Positions 14,159 through 27,367 of a stretch of 64,000 nucleotides of DNA are shown one piece after another. Under the pieces are notes generated by a model. The model ran no database searches, was not told the DNA's origin, and worked only from the letters and a program-made list of their open reading frames with translations. The DNA comes from Aplysia californica (lineage: Eukaryota). A program made the position numbers and the translations under genes. The stretch covers positions 684,205 to 748,204 of the forward strand of contig NW_004797323.1 in the NCBI RefSeq assembly GCF_000002075.1, read 5' to 3'. Numbering within the stretch: position 1 is the first letter of the stretch; each line of letters starts with the position of its first letter.

Positions 14159-15037
14159 TTTTTTTAAAGACATTCAAGATCTTGTGGCAAAGCGCGCAAA
14201 GCTTGTGGTCCTCTCCTGTATTGCTTCTGGGCTGGCGGATGTGGTCAGCAGGCAACAGGTGGTCTGTGGGATAACCAACCATGAAACATGTAAAGTGTGT
14301 TTAGTTTATTAGAGTGTGTTCACATGCAATGGTTCAGCTGTGAATTTAGAACATTCCCTTGTGTGTAAGTGTAGGTACGTACTTATATGTATACCTGCAT
14401 GTGTTTTTACTGTCCTGTACAGCCAAGAAAAATTTCCCAATGGGATACTTAAGTATTTTCTTATCTTATCTTATCTTGTCTTATACATGCATGTGTCTTT
14501 GATATTGTGTCATGGTTGGGGCTCTCGGAATTGGAAAGCATCATTTGCTGAGTACAATTTATATACAACCATCTAACTTTTATACAATCTTTTTCTCTAT
14601 GACAATGTACATTATTCATCTGGCTCAGGTAACTGTCTCTTTTCTGTTGTCTCACTTTGATTCATGTTTGAAGCCTTCTGTTACCTTCATTTTGATTTTC
14701 TTCGTGTAGTCAGATGAATGATGGAGTTACATGTAGAATTGTGAACCTCTTGTTGACTTAAGGTAGAAGTTGATAAAATGAGATTCCCTCAACGTGTACT
14801 TGTGCAGCACACATGGTTTATAAAAAAGTGCTAATTTTTATTGATGTCTGCATCAAGTAGTGTATTTCTTGTCTGATCTTGTTTGCATAAAAAGAAAACA
14901 ATGGAAAATAAAATTTTAATTTGTTAATTATTATGTTTTGTTGAGTACATGCATGTATTTTATATGCTCTGGACCCAGAACTTGTTTATTGTCTTAACTG
15001 CAAGATCAGTCATTGCAAGTGAGCTTTAATTCAAGTA

Positions 15038-15216
15038 GTGGGTGGTTGGCGGGTGCTCTGGTGTGGTTTGCTTTTTCTTTCTTATCAATCATCTATCGTC
15101 TTTTTCTCCCCTCCTTCTTTTTTGTGTTTGTTACTCTATTGTAACACCTCTAATCTTCGGCACTTAATATGACCTTATATTGTGTTGCAAGTGCCGTAAA
15201 ACTCTTTACTAAAACT
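15038..15216 (+). mobile_element. ~180-bp retroposon, subfamily B, 12-bp TSD
   Basis: TAATTCAAGTAG at 15027-15038 and 15216-15227. Confidence 0.9.
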
Positions 15217-15828
15217 AATTCAAGTAGAATTATTTGGTGTGATCAGTACCAACATGTCAAATGCTTGTGAAAAGTATTCAGAAAAGAGTTACGGTACCGT
15301 CTCGCATGCTCAAAGTCAAAAGTCAAAGCAAACATGTGCATAATGAAATGAACCACTCACATGAAGAACAGATTTTCAGGTCCCAAACTTTTTCTTATAC
15401 ATGACGTATTATTTATTCTTTGTAGCCTATTTAAAACACGTACATAGTGAAATATGTACGTAACAAAAAGATTTCTGTGTTCCACCAATTTCACTATGTG
15501 CATACATTTACTTGACTGTATTATAGTGTCGTGGGAAAGCTGTTAAAATGTCTTAAACAAGCCTAGTAAGCAACATTCTTTTAACATTTTGAAACTAAAT
15601 AACATTTCTGGCTTTTTTCAGCTTTTAGAATATAAATGTCAACAATATAAATCTGGAGCTCATGCAACTGATACGAAACTGCAATGAAAAAGATTCAAAA
15701 ATTTGGATTTAGTACATTTGTACAGCTGCATGATGAATGTATTTTCCTACACCATTGTTTTCATTTGGTTATAATAAACCTTATAAGTTTGACTTTGACA
15801 GTAGGCAGGTGTTAGGATGCTCCTAGGC

Positions 15829-16206
15829 GGTGCCACTGACTGAAGTGTCTTTAGGCCATTCCCCTAGGGGGAACATTTCTTGTTCTTATGCACAGTAGAA
15901 TTGTAAATGGGCTCATCCAACATTGTCATGCTCATAACTGTGCCTGAACTACAACAGGGAACTGCTGCTTTTTCTTTCCTAATCCTTACTATTGTCATTT
16001 TGTTCTCCTTCTTTTGTATGTTTGTCACACTCTTGTGACCTGCTATTTCCGGGATGCCTTGATAGTCTAAGCAGACTTTGTGTTGCTGAAGCTAGAGAGG
16101 TGAGCAGAGTAAGTCTGATTCCCTGTAAGGACTTCTCTGTTGACATTTACCCCTTGGTGCTCATATGACCTTATGCAGTTGCGAGCGCTGTAAAACCACT
16201 ATTAAA
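15829..16206 (+). mobile_element. ~370-bp long form of the retroposon (also 44092-44472, 60982-61362)
   Basis: Three near-identical copies sharing the pyrimidine-rich core and the 3' GCTCATATGACC..GTTGCGAGCGC tail; TSD aggatgctc(c/t)ta here. Confidence 0.85.
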
Positions 16207-17190
16207 ATTATTTTTTTTTAAAGGATGCTCTTACTGTTGTCTTACTATCTGTCTCTCCTTCTTAGTTTTTGTATGTTTGCTTTTTATATATATATATATG
16301 ATAGAACAAGAACTGAATCAAAGATTGCGTCCTCTTCTATTTGCACAAAAGAATCATAACGTTATAGGAGGCCCAGTAGCTCAACTAGTAGTGTGGTGCC
16401 TGCCAGTCACATGGAGGTCCAAAGCTTGATTTCTGTCAGTTTGTTTTTTTTTCCTCATGCTTTCCACACACACACATATACACACACACACACACCCAGG
16501 GCACTGAAATCTTCTCCGATAAGGAAAGGATGAAAAATTTTGTCGGTTTTTCATGAGGAAGATCCCATGACTGTTCTTAAGAGCGAAAAGAATGGGCCCT
16601 TTGGGCTACATTCTGGCAAAATTCAAAATTTTCCATCTCTATATATATTACATGTAAGAGTAGGCCCTACTGGGTGTCATGCAAGGGATGATTCTACGTT
16701 CTATGTAGATAAAACGACCATGTACAAAAAAATCACCCGCACTGTGAATGTAAAATGAAGATGGTACTGTCAGTCACTCCCTGAGTTCTTGCATGGGTAT
16801 GCAAAAGAAGATGACAATGCAGATGCTTAACTTGAATTTAAATACCAGCATTTGAGTATGATACGTTATCCGGATGTTTCTTGTTCGTATTTATTCATCA
16901 GACAAGCAGCCAGTCATTTAGAAAATAAAGCGTTAACATAGTACATGATTCTGATACATGTAGGCACTATGTACTTGTAACAAACTGCCACTTGATAGCC
17001 TTTCCCTGTTATATTCTTGCTATTGCAAGTGTCCTTTTTTGGAATAGAGAATTGGGATGATCCTCTGCTTTGTTTTATTGGAGAAAAGTAATTAAAACTT
17101 TTTTAAAAGTTATGTGGAAACAAACTGTTGGGTACTTTCTTGTCCTGTGATACTATTCCATGGACTCCCAGTTTCTGTATGAGTCTATTT

Positions 17191-17452
17191 TATGGTTGCT
17201 TTTAAGGACAAGCGGGCTAACCCAGATTTCGGGCGTTTCCAGAAATCTTGATCTACACCAAAAGTGGGCATTGCCCTACCTATAGGAGAAGTTTTGTTTC
17301 ATTGGTGTGCATATTTGTATGGTTACAGAGAAAACTATCCTTGTCTTCTGAAGAAACATGACAAGAGTCCAAAAACTTTCCCTTCGATTTTCTCAAAACA
17401 GCATTTTTTGGGATAGCACCCTTGTGCTTAAAATAAGTTAAAAGCGACCATA
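17191..17452. mobile_element. ~250-bp MITE, TA-flanked TIR TGGTYGCTTTTAAG (also 36460-36710, 46576-46827, 49478-49728 inverted, 52116-52405 rearranged)
   Basis: Five similar copies with ends TATGGTTGCTTTTAAG...AAAAGCGACCATA; Tc1/mariner-like assignment is inference. Confidence 0.8.
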
Positions 17453-17535
17453 TATTTGCATTGTCATGCCAGTGCTGGGAGTTTGAAGGGTGTCATTGAT
17501 AGGTTCTACTTCTTTTCTGCCACTGTTGTTGAGCT

Positions 17536-19787
17536 TTAAGTTTAAGGCACTTGCAACACAACAAGGTCATATAAGTGCCGAAGATTAGAGGTGTTACAAG
17601 AGAGACGTACACAAAAAAAGAAGGAAGGGAAATAAGGACAACCATGTCTGATACGAAAGAAGGGACAACTTGGTGGGTTTAACACACCCTTCAGTCTTAA
17701 CAAAACGTGAATCATTTTGAGGACTGATCATAGAGATTGTGACATGGTACATATATAATCATGAATGTGCACAACATTGGCCTGTTATGATTATGATATA
17801 ATAAAATGAGAAACAAGTTTCAATTTTGTAATTTTATTATCAATTTCAATAACAAAAGTAACATGCATCAATATGAACAAACATTGTTCCATTGAATACT
17901 CAAGTATTGATTCTTAGACTGCCTAGTCTACCCCTAACTCTCACAATAATGAAAAAATCACTACACAACTTGGAACTAACTACACAGTAACATAATTAAA
18001 GCCTCTACATTTTTTTTATGACAAGTCTCATTCGCAACAAAATACCTGTTCCTATAACATTTTGCATGGGATTCTCGATTGGTAACACTTTCAGTTCTGC
18101 ATCTCACATCTTCACACACACCCAGCATGTGTCTGGAAATTGGAAAGTGTTTCTGATACATTTTAAAAGAACAGATAAGAAAGCTGTTGATCATATGTGT
18201 TTGTCTCTAACTAAACAGAAGCACATTGATTTGATGCAATAATGACCCTTTAGTGGAGGGGGGAAAAGCAAGGTAGATCTAGTAGGTAGACAAAAACAGA
18301 AGAGGGATATAATAAAATTGCCCTGAATCTGAATAGTAACATACTAATACAGTAAAACCCTGATATCATGAACTTTCACAGGTTGGGACTAAAGAATGAG
18401 TGTTTGTGTGTTAGGCATATGTTATTTAAATTTAAAGGGAACTCGCATGACACAGAATGAAGAGGAGAAAAAAAAGGGATTTGAAATTGTTGTGGTAACA
18501 GGAATTTTGTGATGAGCAGCTTCATGTCTGCTATATCGCTGTTGTATCTGCCTAAACATACGATGACACGCTCCGCTCAAATGCAAATTTTTGTAATGAC
18601 GACAGGCTTTAATTTTACCATAGATTATATTTTTTTATGCGTTACATCATGGTGACATCAGGTGCTCATCAAAATATAAATGTAGACTCTGCAGTAGACT
18701 AATATCGAAGGAACCTACTTCAACAATTGGCAATTTCTATCAATACTTTTGTTCTAGGCTCAACACATATTAAAGTCCACTATTAATCACATCCCTGAAT
18801 GGATTTTACTGGAAAATACTGATCAAAGGCACATATTTTCAGTTTCCAAGTGGAAGTAACCAAACTGGTGGCTGTTTTCTCGCTTATTTCCTCTCTGGCA
18901 CCAGGTGATCCCCACCTCTGGAATGGCAAAATATGGACTTCTGATCAAGATATTTTAAAAGGGTACTTTTTTCATCAAAAGGCTTTAAGAATTAAAATGA
19001 TATGGAATAACTCTGTGTGCCCCCCAAAAATTATGAGCGCCCGATTCTACTGTGTTGTAACACATATAAAATAGATGTATAATGTGCAGCCACTTCTTCT
19101 AAATGCACACTTCAATCAATGAAACACCGCAACATGTATATTTTTGGAAGACAAATACTCCAGAATATTACATACAGTAGTATAACTATAACACGGATAG
19201 GTCAAACATAGAAGACTTGAAATCAAGCATCCGTCAAACTGGGCCTGCAGTACCGGTTTTTAAAAAAAATCTTTGTAAGATATCTCTGGAATTACGGATC
19301 CCCCCAACTACCTAAGCCAGTCACGACGAATTCGAGCTATCCTTGTTATACTGTAGTAGCTGATGGCATCCAGTAAAGACAATAGATGCCACACATTAGT
19401 ATTAGTAGCAGCAACTCATGAACAAATCAGAAGAAATTTTCTCCTGCAAAATCAGTAGGCCTACATTCATTATTTTATCTATTCAGGTGAAGAACTCTTT
19501 ACATGTAGAAGAAACATTCAACAATTCTATGAAACCAAAAAAACCCCCAAAAACCCCAGAAAGGTCGGCAAAACATTCGTCTCATGAGAAGGAAGTTAAG
19601 AGTTAAAGTGAGGTGAAGGTGTATAGTGTATGTAAGTTTTAGTTTTAGTAAGGTCATATAAGTGCCGAAGATTAGAGGCATTACAAGAAAGTAACAAACA
19701 CAAAAAAGAAGGAGGGGAGATAGAGAATATAGACTTTTTATAGGAAAGAAGGAGCAAACCACACCAGAGCACCCGCCAACCACCCAC
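17536..19787 (-). mobile_element. Two minus-strand copies of the 180-bp retroposon (17536-17665 partial; 19636-19787)
   Basis: Reverse-complement matches; the second is flanked by ag(t/a)gtatgtaa. Confidence 0.8.
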
Positions 19788-20500
19788 AGAGTATGTAAAA
19801 TGGCCACAATTTTCTCTGAAAAGCGAGAAGGGTTGTTTTGGTGGACCCAATACAATCACATCAGTAAGTACATCACAGCTTGTAGTTGGGGTTAAAGACG
19901 TGGTAATCTCAAGCTGATGTAGTTCTTCTAGCACTTTTCAGGAAAATAAGTAAAAATGGATGCGTTGATAAGCGGATTATCCTGTATAGGCTACCGTACC
20001 ATGACCAAAGCAAAATGTACACCTAACTATATATGCCCAAACACACAAATAAGCCTAAGAAGTTCTAATTTATACTGTATTAGTTCATAATTTGTTCACT
20101 CACTAACAGCCTCAAAGGTTAGGTTTCCAATGTAACATTCACACAGCACACAAGAGAGTACATATTATATATAATTATAATGTACATTTTCTACAGTGAG
20201 ATCAGCACTACCTACATCATGTATGGGGCAGGCCTACATATTCTTTCTTAGAATACTAAGAAGGCTTAGGGTAGGGCCAAAATATGTTTTTAATGTTTTG
20301 ACAAAGGAAAAAGTACAGCAGTATGACCAAAAAACAAAAACAAAAGAAACTGAAGAAGTTTTATACCCCATCAACACTATTCAGATCATATAGGAGACAG
20401 GCTACAAAGGTATTTCAATCCTACCAGTCAGTACTGTGTCAGAAACAACAACCTGGGCTTGAGGAATAAAACATTTCAGAAAAAAGATGGAGATACTTGA

Positions 20501-20753
20501 TTAACCCTATCCGTACGCCCTGGTGTCATTTTGTACCCCCGGGGTTGTATTCTGCACATTTTAGAATACTTTTTTTTGTACGAAGATCTCTTTGAAACTT
20601 TCAGTATTTCTCAAAAAATCATTTTGACAGACTGCTATGAAGAGAGTATGGATTGGATTAACGAGTAAATTTCCTCTTTGGAAGGTGGTGGCAGAGAGTT
20701 CCCCATGTTGTATGGATACAATGGTAAAACACGACATACGGATAGGGTTTTAA
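20501..20753. mobile_element. piggyBac-like MITE, TTAA-CCCTATCCGTACG ends (also 39204-39452, 39554-39800, 53578-53823, fragment ~11236-11286)
   Basis: TTAA flanks, CCC...GGG termini, ~250-bp shared body. Confidence 0.85.
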
Positions 20754-22331
20754 TTCTCCTCTCACTGAAATCGAACTCACATCTTCTGTGTGTGCCACTA
20801 AGAGCCTGTTACACAATAGAAGATCAGATGATGGTGAGTATGGGATGTACAAAAATAAAAAACAAATATTGGACAAGAAACAGCTCAACTTTCCTCTGTG
20901 GAACTGATACAGAAATGAAAACATTTCCAAGAACTTGAAGAATGGATGTCAGAAGAAGTAAAAATACAAAAAAAGGATCTGTAAATTATAAAACATAAAT
21001 GAGGACTCACATGAAAGAATGAACTTGCTCATATGTTCTCAAGCTGGAGAAAACCCAAAAAGGACTTCAAATTTTCAATTAAAAAACTTAAACACATTTT
21101 TTACTTTAAAATAAATTAAAAGGACATCTTTTCCTTATCAGTTAACCTATGATGACTTTGCAACACAAGCAAAAGGCCAGAGTTTGATCCCTGGGAGGAA
21201 AAACTTTTATCAAGTACATATATCTCAGTCTTTCTGCTGGGAAGTCGTATCCCTCTCGGCCTTTTCAACTTTCAGGCAGGGTCCAAGGCACACTTCCTAA
21301 ATAATCTTGGGTTGATGTGGGCATAAAACTTCATGTACATTAAAAAAAAACAAATTCCAACCGTCTAGATTCAATATAATAGAACAAACAGCTTTGACAG
21401 TGTAATCGCCAGTTTTTCTGTAAGCTGCTCCTATCGTGTAGTAACACTGAGTAACAGTAGGTTATAAATGTTGAGGTGGTTCGTTGCAACTTTTGACTTT
21501 CAAACTTTCAATCATACCCTACCGTACTCTTTATCACTGCTCAACAAACCCACTTCAGATAACATGAGGAGAAAGGAAGACATTTATTTTTGATATTCAA
21601 TCTCCACAAATTATGCACTTTCACATTGCCCCCATGGTATGTACAGGCGCTTAAACCATCGTATAAAAGTAGTTAAGAGCCGCATTCCCACCACTACTCG
21701 GTCGCTCATCGACATCCAGTTTGCAAGTGAACATCTAGTTCATCTAGCAAGAGATATGGAAATCCTGACCCATTTTCTTGGCTCATTTTATCCCCTCTGA
21801 GTGCATACAGCAAACATTTTCAAATTTGAGGAATACATCAAGCAAAAAGCTGACCGATAGACTTACTCACTCAGAATAGATGGTAAAACACGTGAAATCA
21901 TGACTTTCCACAAAATTTGAACCCTATCCAGCACAGTGGTAGGCTGCCTAAGATAGATCCTCTATAACATGACTATACAAATAGGGAAAAATCTGAAAAT
22001 TAAATTCTGATACCCATAGTATAATATAATAAGAGGGTCTATTTATACCCATAGCTGATAACAAACTATGCAATGATACTGATAAAGTGGGCAAGGGCAA
22101 AGAGCAGCATCCTCTTGAAGTTAATGGCTACCAGCTTGAGTTTTCCCAGAATAAGCTTTCCTGATATCAGTTTTTTTGGCTCGTCTTTTCCAGTAAGCTG
22201 CCATTGTTAAGTCTTCAAATTGTTCATGAAGATGTATCCCTCTCTACTAATAAAATAATACTAATATCATTGCTAAAAAAACATAGTAACACTGAAAACT
22301 AGTAAGGTTGATCTCTGTGGTTTTGCTTTGA

Positions 22332-24133
22332 TCAAGAAATTCTCATGATATTGAGACAGAAGTCCATGAGGAACTCGTCAGGGCTCAGCCTCTTTGACCA
22401 CCAGGCCCGGAACCTGGGAGGCGACTCCATGGACAGATGAGGGCAGATGCTCGTTGTGCTGATCTTGTACGGCGACAGATCGTCTAGAACTCTGGGGGTC
22501 ACAGTGGACGGCAAAAAGACGTAGATCTGGCACTTGGTCTTGGAGCGGACACACTCAGACTTGGTGCTCTTGACCAGGCTAACCATTGAGTCGATGGGTG
22601 CTCCAGCCAGGTCATGGATTTTGATATTCATGTTCTGAGGCTTGACCAGCAGAAGATGGCGTGGGGGTGGGTACGTCTTGTAGAATATGGCATGATGTTG
22701 ACTCGTGGTTACAGGAGAGGAAGACAGCTTCTGCTGGTAAATAGAAAGTGCTGGAACAAGTGCAGCTTGGTGAATGTAGCCGTAAACCAAAACTAGAAAA
22801 ATATTGAAAAACGCCCACAAGGCAAAGAAAGAAAGTTTGGCGGGAGCCATCGCCGAGACAGTTTTCGCCCCTAACACAACTAAAACTGGCAACAAGGGGA
22901 TGAGAAATCTGGGTTCCTGGTGGGGAAACACAGACAGTGCAAGAACAGGAAGCATCATCATGGAAGTAAGCCACAGGCTATCATAGAATCCATTATTCTT
23001 GTCACTTTGCCTGGTAAGACATCGCAGAATGGACAGCACTGACGTTATCACTATTGGCACGTACAAAGGCCCGGTCAAAAGAGGAAGGTTTCCAACAATA
23101 TGGGTGTAACGAGGGTGAAGACCGTGCTGTGCCAGATTCTCTGTCCTCAGGTTATACTGGATAAAGTTCCAAGGGGTGACAATCATGGCAGAAGTCATGT
23201 CCTTCACACTAGATGACATGGCGGTAAAAGATATGCTGCCGTCAAAGAGCCCGTGGAGAGAGTGGGAAACGATGTTCACAGAGTCGGGGTTGAAATACAA
23301 GGTATCTGCAACAACAAAACCACAGAACACCACAAGTGCCCCGACACTCATAAAGAAACACGGACCTAACAAACGGAAAATACTTCTCTCCCTGAAGGAG
23401 TTAGCTTTCAAACTGTAGAGCCACAGCAAAACAGGTACAGCTACAAATACAGGAAATGTGGGTCTGTTGAAGAAGCCTGCCGTTATAAATGCTCCTAAAA
23501 GGTAGGCTCTCAGCTTTGAGGCCCCAGCAGAACATCTCTTGGCGTCTGAAGAACGACCAGACTGAGGTAATAACTTCGCTTGCCTTTCATTCTCTCTTTC
23601 TTTTCGTTTCTTCTCTTTTCCATCTTTTTTAACATCTTTTCTACTGTCAGCACTTTTCTCATCCTGGTCTGTCTTGGGACTTTCTCCTTTACCGCTATCG
23701 TCTTTAGCAGGTTGTGGCTCTGTATTTACAGGCAGAGGGAGGGAACTCTTCACAGCTGGAGAAGACAAAACAAGCAGTAGCACAACGGCCAGAAGGACGG
23801 CCTCCACTGTGTTGGAGAAGGTTCTGGTGAAGTACGCCCACGTCACATAAGAGCTACACCACAGCACCGTGCTCAAATACTCCTCAGCCCCAAAAACCAG
23901 AGCCAAACGGCTTGTGGCCAGATATCCAAACACGCTGAGAAAAGCAAGAGGCAGCCTTGTTGCCATGACTACCTTTACAGCTGAGATTTGAAGGCCGTGA
24001 ATGCCCGTTGAGTTCATCCACCTGAGCAGTGATATGGATGGCCCTGCCACCAGGTATGGGAAAACAATACTGCGCACAGGTGTAGACGGCTCAAACTCCC
24101 AAGCACGGAAGTGCTCAACTCCTAGCATGTCCC
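22332..24133 (-). CDS. PIGZ: PIGZ coding exon 2 (large terminal exon)
   Basis: Acceptor (t)n-ag|GG GAC ATG; open frame to TGA at 22332. Confidence 0.93.
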
Positions 24134-25246
24134 CTAAAAAAAAAGAAGAAAGAATTAAAAATATTATGTACAATATTCAAACAAACAATAATTTGGGGGA
24201 CAAATCAAAAAGCTACAATCCAGCACCTCCCACCCATCTTATTCCCTGCCTCCCAAATTCTTCGAGTCTCTAGAATTAAAAATCAACATGATGTTTTTGC
24301 TTGATTCTACTTTGATAATGCATTCTATTTTTGTAAAAATTAATGGTGTGCTGCATACCAGGCTTTTTTCTCTCGCATACTCTCTTCTTTTGCATATTTT
24401 GCCCATTTCTTTTTCACAAATTTTTTGAAGTCGTGATTTGAGTCACCCAGGGTAACGTATGTTGTCTGAATGATAGTTCTGTCTAAATTCTTGTGAAAGT
24501 GAAGAATACTCTAGTAGTGTTTGACAATACCATAGACAGTTTTACTTCATATTGAATTTTTTTTTTTAATTTAAAAAACTGTACACAGCATTTCTGGTAC
24601 GAGTAAATTCCAACTCTCCATTTCCAAAAATAATTTAAAACATTGGTACATAACGTTATGGCAACTCACTTGCCCCACAGAGAGCAGAGACCCTGTATGA
24701 CATGTGCATATCACATCAAGTCAGTTCTAAGCAGAGAGGGCTAAAGTTTACTTTCAATACTTTCTTGAGCCATTAGCAAAACATCAGAGCAACACAAAAA
24801 ACAGCTTAAATAATGACAAACTCAAACCACATGATGCCATCACCACAGTAAGTTCACATTATTCATTATTTATACATCATGATGTCTGACAGTCCACAAT
24901 AATTGATACCTGAAGTCAGTGAAAACACTACAGACAGCACAAAAAAGACTGTTCCAGCGCACAGGGCAGACAAATAAAAACAAACCTGGTTGTAGCATTT
25001 ATAATTTATATATTATATCTCAACAGAATTCACATGAATACCATTACCAATGCCTGTAGATAAAGAGTGAGAGAGACTACACAGAAAAGAGTGCAATTAT
25101 TTCTGCTTAATTAAGTTTTTAAATCATTACTTGCCTGCTACAATCTCGGAGGACTGGAAAAACTCATCTGGATGGATGTAACCCGGCTGAGGGAACAGTA
25201 CTGTAATGAAGTTGACACACAGCAAAATGGTCGCCAACTTGTTCAT
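22332..25246 (-). CDS. PIGZ: GPI mannosyltransferase 4 (PIG-Z/Smp3, GT22 family), 637 aa
   Basis: complement(join(22332..24133,25135..25246)). Motifs PQPGYIHPDEFFQSSE, AWEF..PVRS..FP, TRTFSNTVE, GFFNRPTF, TPWNFIQYN..NLAQHGLHPRYTH..NLPLL, LS.FPHQEPRFLIPL, YGYIHQAALVP, PHLSMESPP. Confidence 0.93.
25135..25246 (-). CDS. PIGZ: PIGZ coding exon 1 (exon 25135..25299 including 5'UTR)
   Basis: Acceptor ttccgcag at 25301-25300; ATG at 25246; MNKLAT...HPDEFFQSSEIVA; donor CAG|gcaagt (phase 1). Confidence 0.85.
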
Positions 25247-25606
25247 TTTGACTCCAAGAAATTCGACAGCAAAAGCAGAATTTGATACAAGTGAGTAATC
25301 TGCGGAAAAATATAACCACATTTATTTAAAATTATTGAAGAAAACAGGGAAGTAAAATAAAAGCAAAATAGGGAGACAACTGATTCCCTCTTAAACAAAC
25401 CCTTCTGCTCCTAAAAAACAACAACAAGAACACTATTTTGTGAAGTTAAAGCAGTCAAAGTCAAAGTCAATCATTGCCAATTTCAGACGGAAACCTACAA
25501 GCTGACCAGTGTGACTTCCTAACCCAATTAAGTGCACACGCGAGCATACAACATCCCATTCTAGGAACGAAGTTGTCTCACAGACATTACCAATATATGA
25601 TGTGCA

Positions 25607-27171
25607 TTAACTCTTTAAACCCCATCGGATGCTGGGAGCGTCGGCGGTAATAACCCTGTTCTCCATCAGACGCTGGGAGCGTCAGCGGTAATAACCCTGT
25701 TCCCCATCAGACGCTGGGAGCGTCGGCGGTAATAACCCTGTTCCCCATCAGACGCTGGGAGCGTCGGCGGTAATAACCCTGTTCTCCATCAGACGCTCCC
25801 AGCGTCCAATACCAGGGACAACTATTTCGTTTCATTTAGTGCTAGTTCTTGCTTGTTTTTGGAACTATTCCCGAACCAAGTTTATTTGTAACGATCAAGC
25901 CTTTGTTTCTGCCATTTAGAACTTATCTTAGAGGCAAGTTTTTGGGGTTATAATGAGACATAGTGGACCAGGTTTAGGTGACAGTAGTAAAAAAACTCTG
26001 GGAAACGGTGGAAATAACTCAGGGTCTAAAGAATTACAGTGGAATCCACTTGTAACGAGTCATGAAATAACGAAAAGTCTGTTAAATTGTAAATAAAATA
26101 CTGCTATAGTGCAATCAGAAAAACATGCCAGTCGGTTATAGCAGACTATTGCTGCTGCTGCGCACAGCGCATAAGGCCATTTATTCATGCAAAACCTCGC
26201 CAGTTGTTGGTGATCTTGCAAAACAAAGAATGGGAGAGCCCATGTGTGCCAACAATGAAGGCGGAGCCAATGAGTGGGGAGGATGTGGTATGCACAGACA
26301 AGCAGAACGCATCGCGTGATAGGCCAGCCTAGTCTAGATTATCTAGGCCTAGCATGCCTCTCACGTCTCCAATGCGGGGATGGAGAGGCCATAGTGCTGT
26401 GATGTATGGAGCCAATGTATGATGTGTGCAAGCAGATGGAATAATGCATAACAGGGTGCGGTGGGGTGGGGGACAACACAGTGGGCGAGTTAGCCTAAAG
26501 AACTTTATTTTTGATTGCTAACGCCGAGCTGTCAACATCGCTAGCGCTAGAGAAAGAAACCTTTCGATTTTTGATCGAGTGACCTAGAGATCATGTTGCA
26601 CCAAATCATCATCAGGGGAGATAACAAAAAAGAAACAAACAGAAAACCAGACTCATAGATTCGGCCTACTGTCCCTTGAATTTATTACCGGATCCCTTTT
26701 ACGAGAATCCAGCTATAACGGATGTTTTGCACACTTTCTTTTCCCTAACAGTTGCAGTGGAGAAAACAATCTCTGCCAAACAATATGATGCGCAATACGA
26801 TATAATATATATATGACAAACAAGATGTTTTGTTAGAAATTACGGACTTAGAGTTAACTCTTTAAAAGCCCTGACCTTTTTCTACCGTTTCTCAGAGTCT
26901 TTTCTATAGCCACCTAAACCTAGTGCACTAGCCTATGTCTCATTATCCAAAAGCTTGCCTCCAAGTTCTAAATGGCGGGAACAAAGGCTTCTAGTCAAAT
27001 ACTAAAAACTTGGTTTGGGAATAGTTTTTGAAAAACAAGCTAAAACTAGCTAAATAAAATGAAACAGTTGTCACTAGATCTAGATCTAGTACTGGACGCC
27101 CCCAGTGTTCAATGGGGAACACGGTTATTACCGCCGGACGCTATTAGCGTCTGATGGGGTTCAAAGAGTAG
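25607..27171. mobile_element. Two inverted copies of a TTAA-CTCTTT MITE (25607-26036; 26854-27171) in the PIGZ 5' intron
   Basis: Internal homology in opposite orientation; the first copy carries a 41-bp tandem array. Confidence 0.75.
25622..25806. repeat. 41-bp tandem repeat x4.5, each unit with a GACGCT-NNN-AGCGTC hairpin
   Basis: Units start at 25622, 25663, 25704, 25745 and 25786. Confidence 0.92.
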
Positions 27172-27221
27172 TCAGTATCGATATCCATACTCTTGGGGCA
27201 AAAAACGGAGAACGCCAGCTC

Positions 27222-27367
27222 GGAAGGACTTCCGTAACGAGCGACCCCCCCATCAAACACAATAAAGAAGAGGCCTAGACCTAACCCTACCCCTAACCCT
27301 ACCGCCCCTACCCCAAGCCCTCAATTCTGCTCTGTCTCATAGTGGTCGCTCGTTATGGAAGTCCTCC
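27222..27367. mobile_element. Small TIR element, 8-9-bp TSD, telomere-like CCTAAC core
   Basis: TSD (C)GCCAGCTC at 27213-27221 and 27368-27376; TIR GGACTTCCRTAACGAGCGACC. Confidence 0.8.

Noticed and set aside
11300-17840. Poly(A) signal candidates (AATAAA at ~11305 and ~14907 on +; 17833-17838 on -)
   Set aside because: Too common in AT-rich DNA to assign
27280-27315. Interstitial telomere
   Set aside because: Only a few degenerate CCTAAC units, internal to a TIR element
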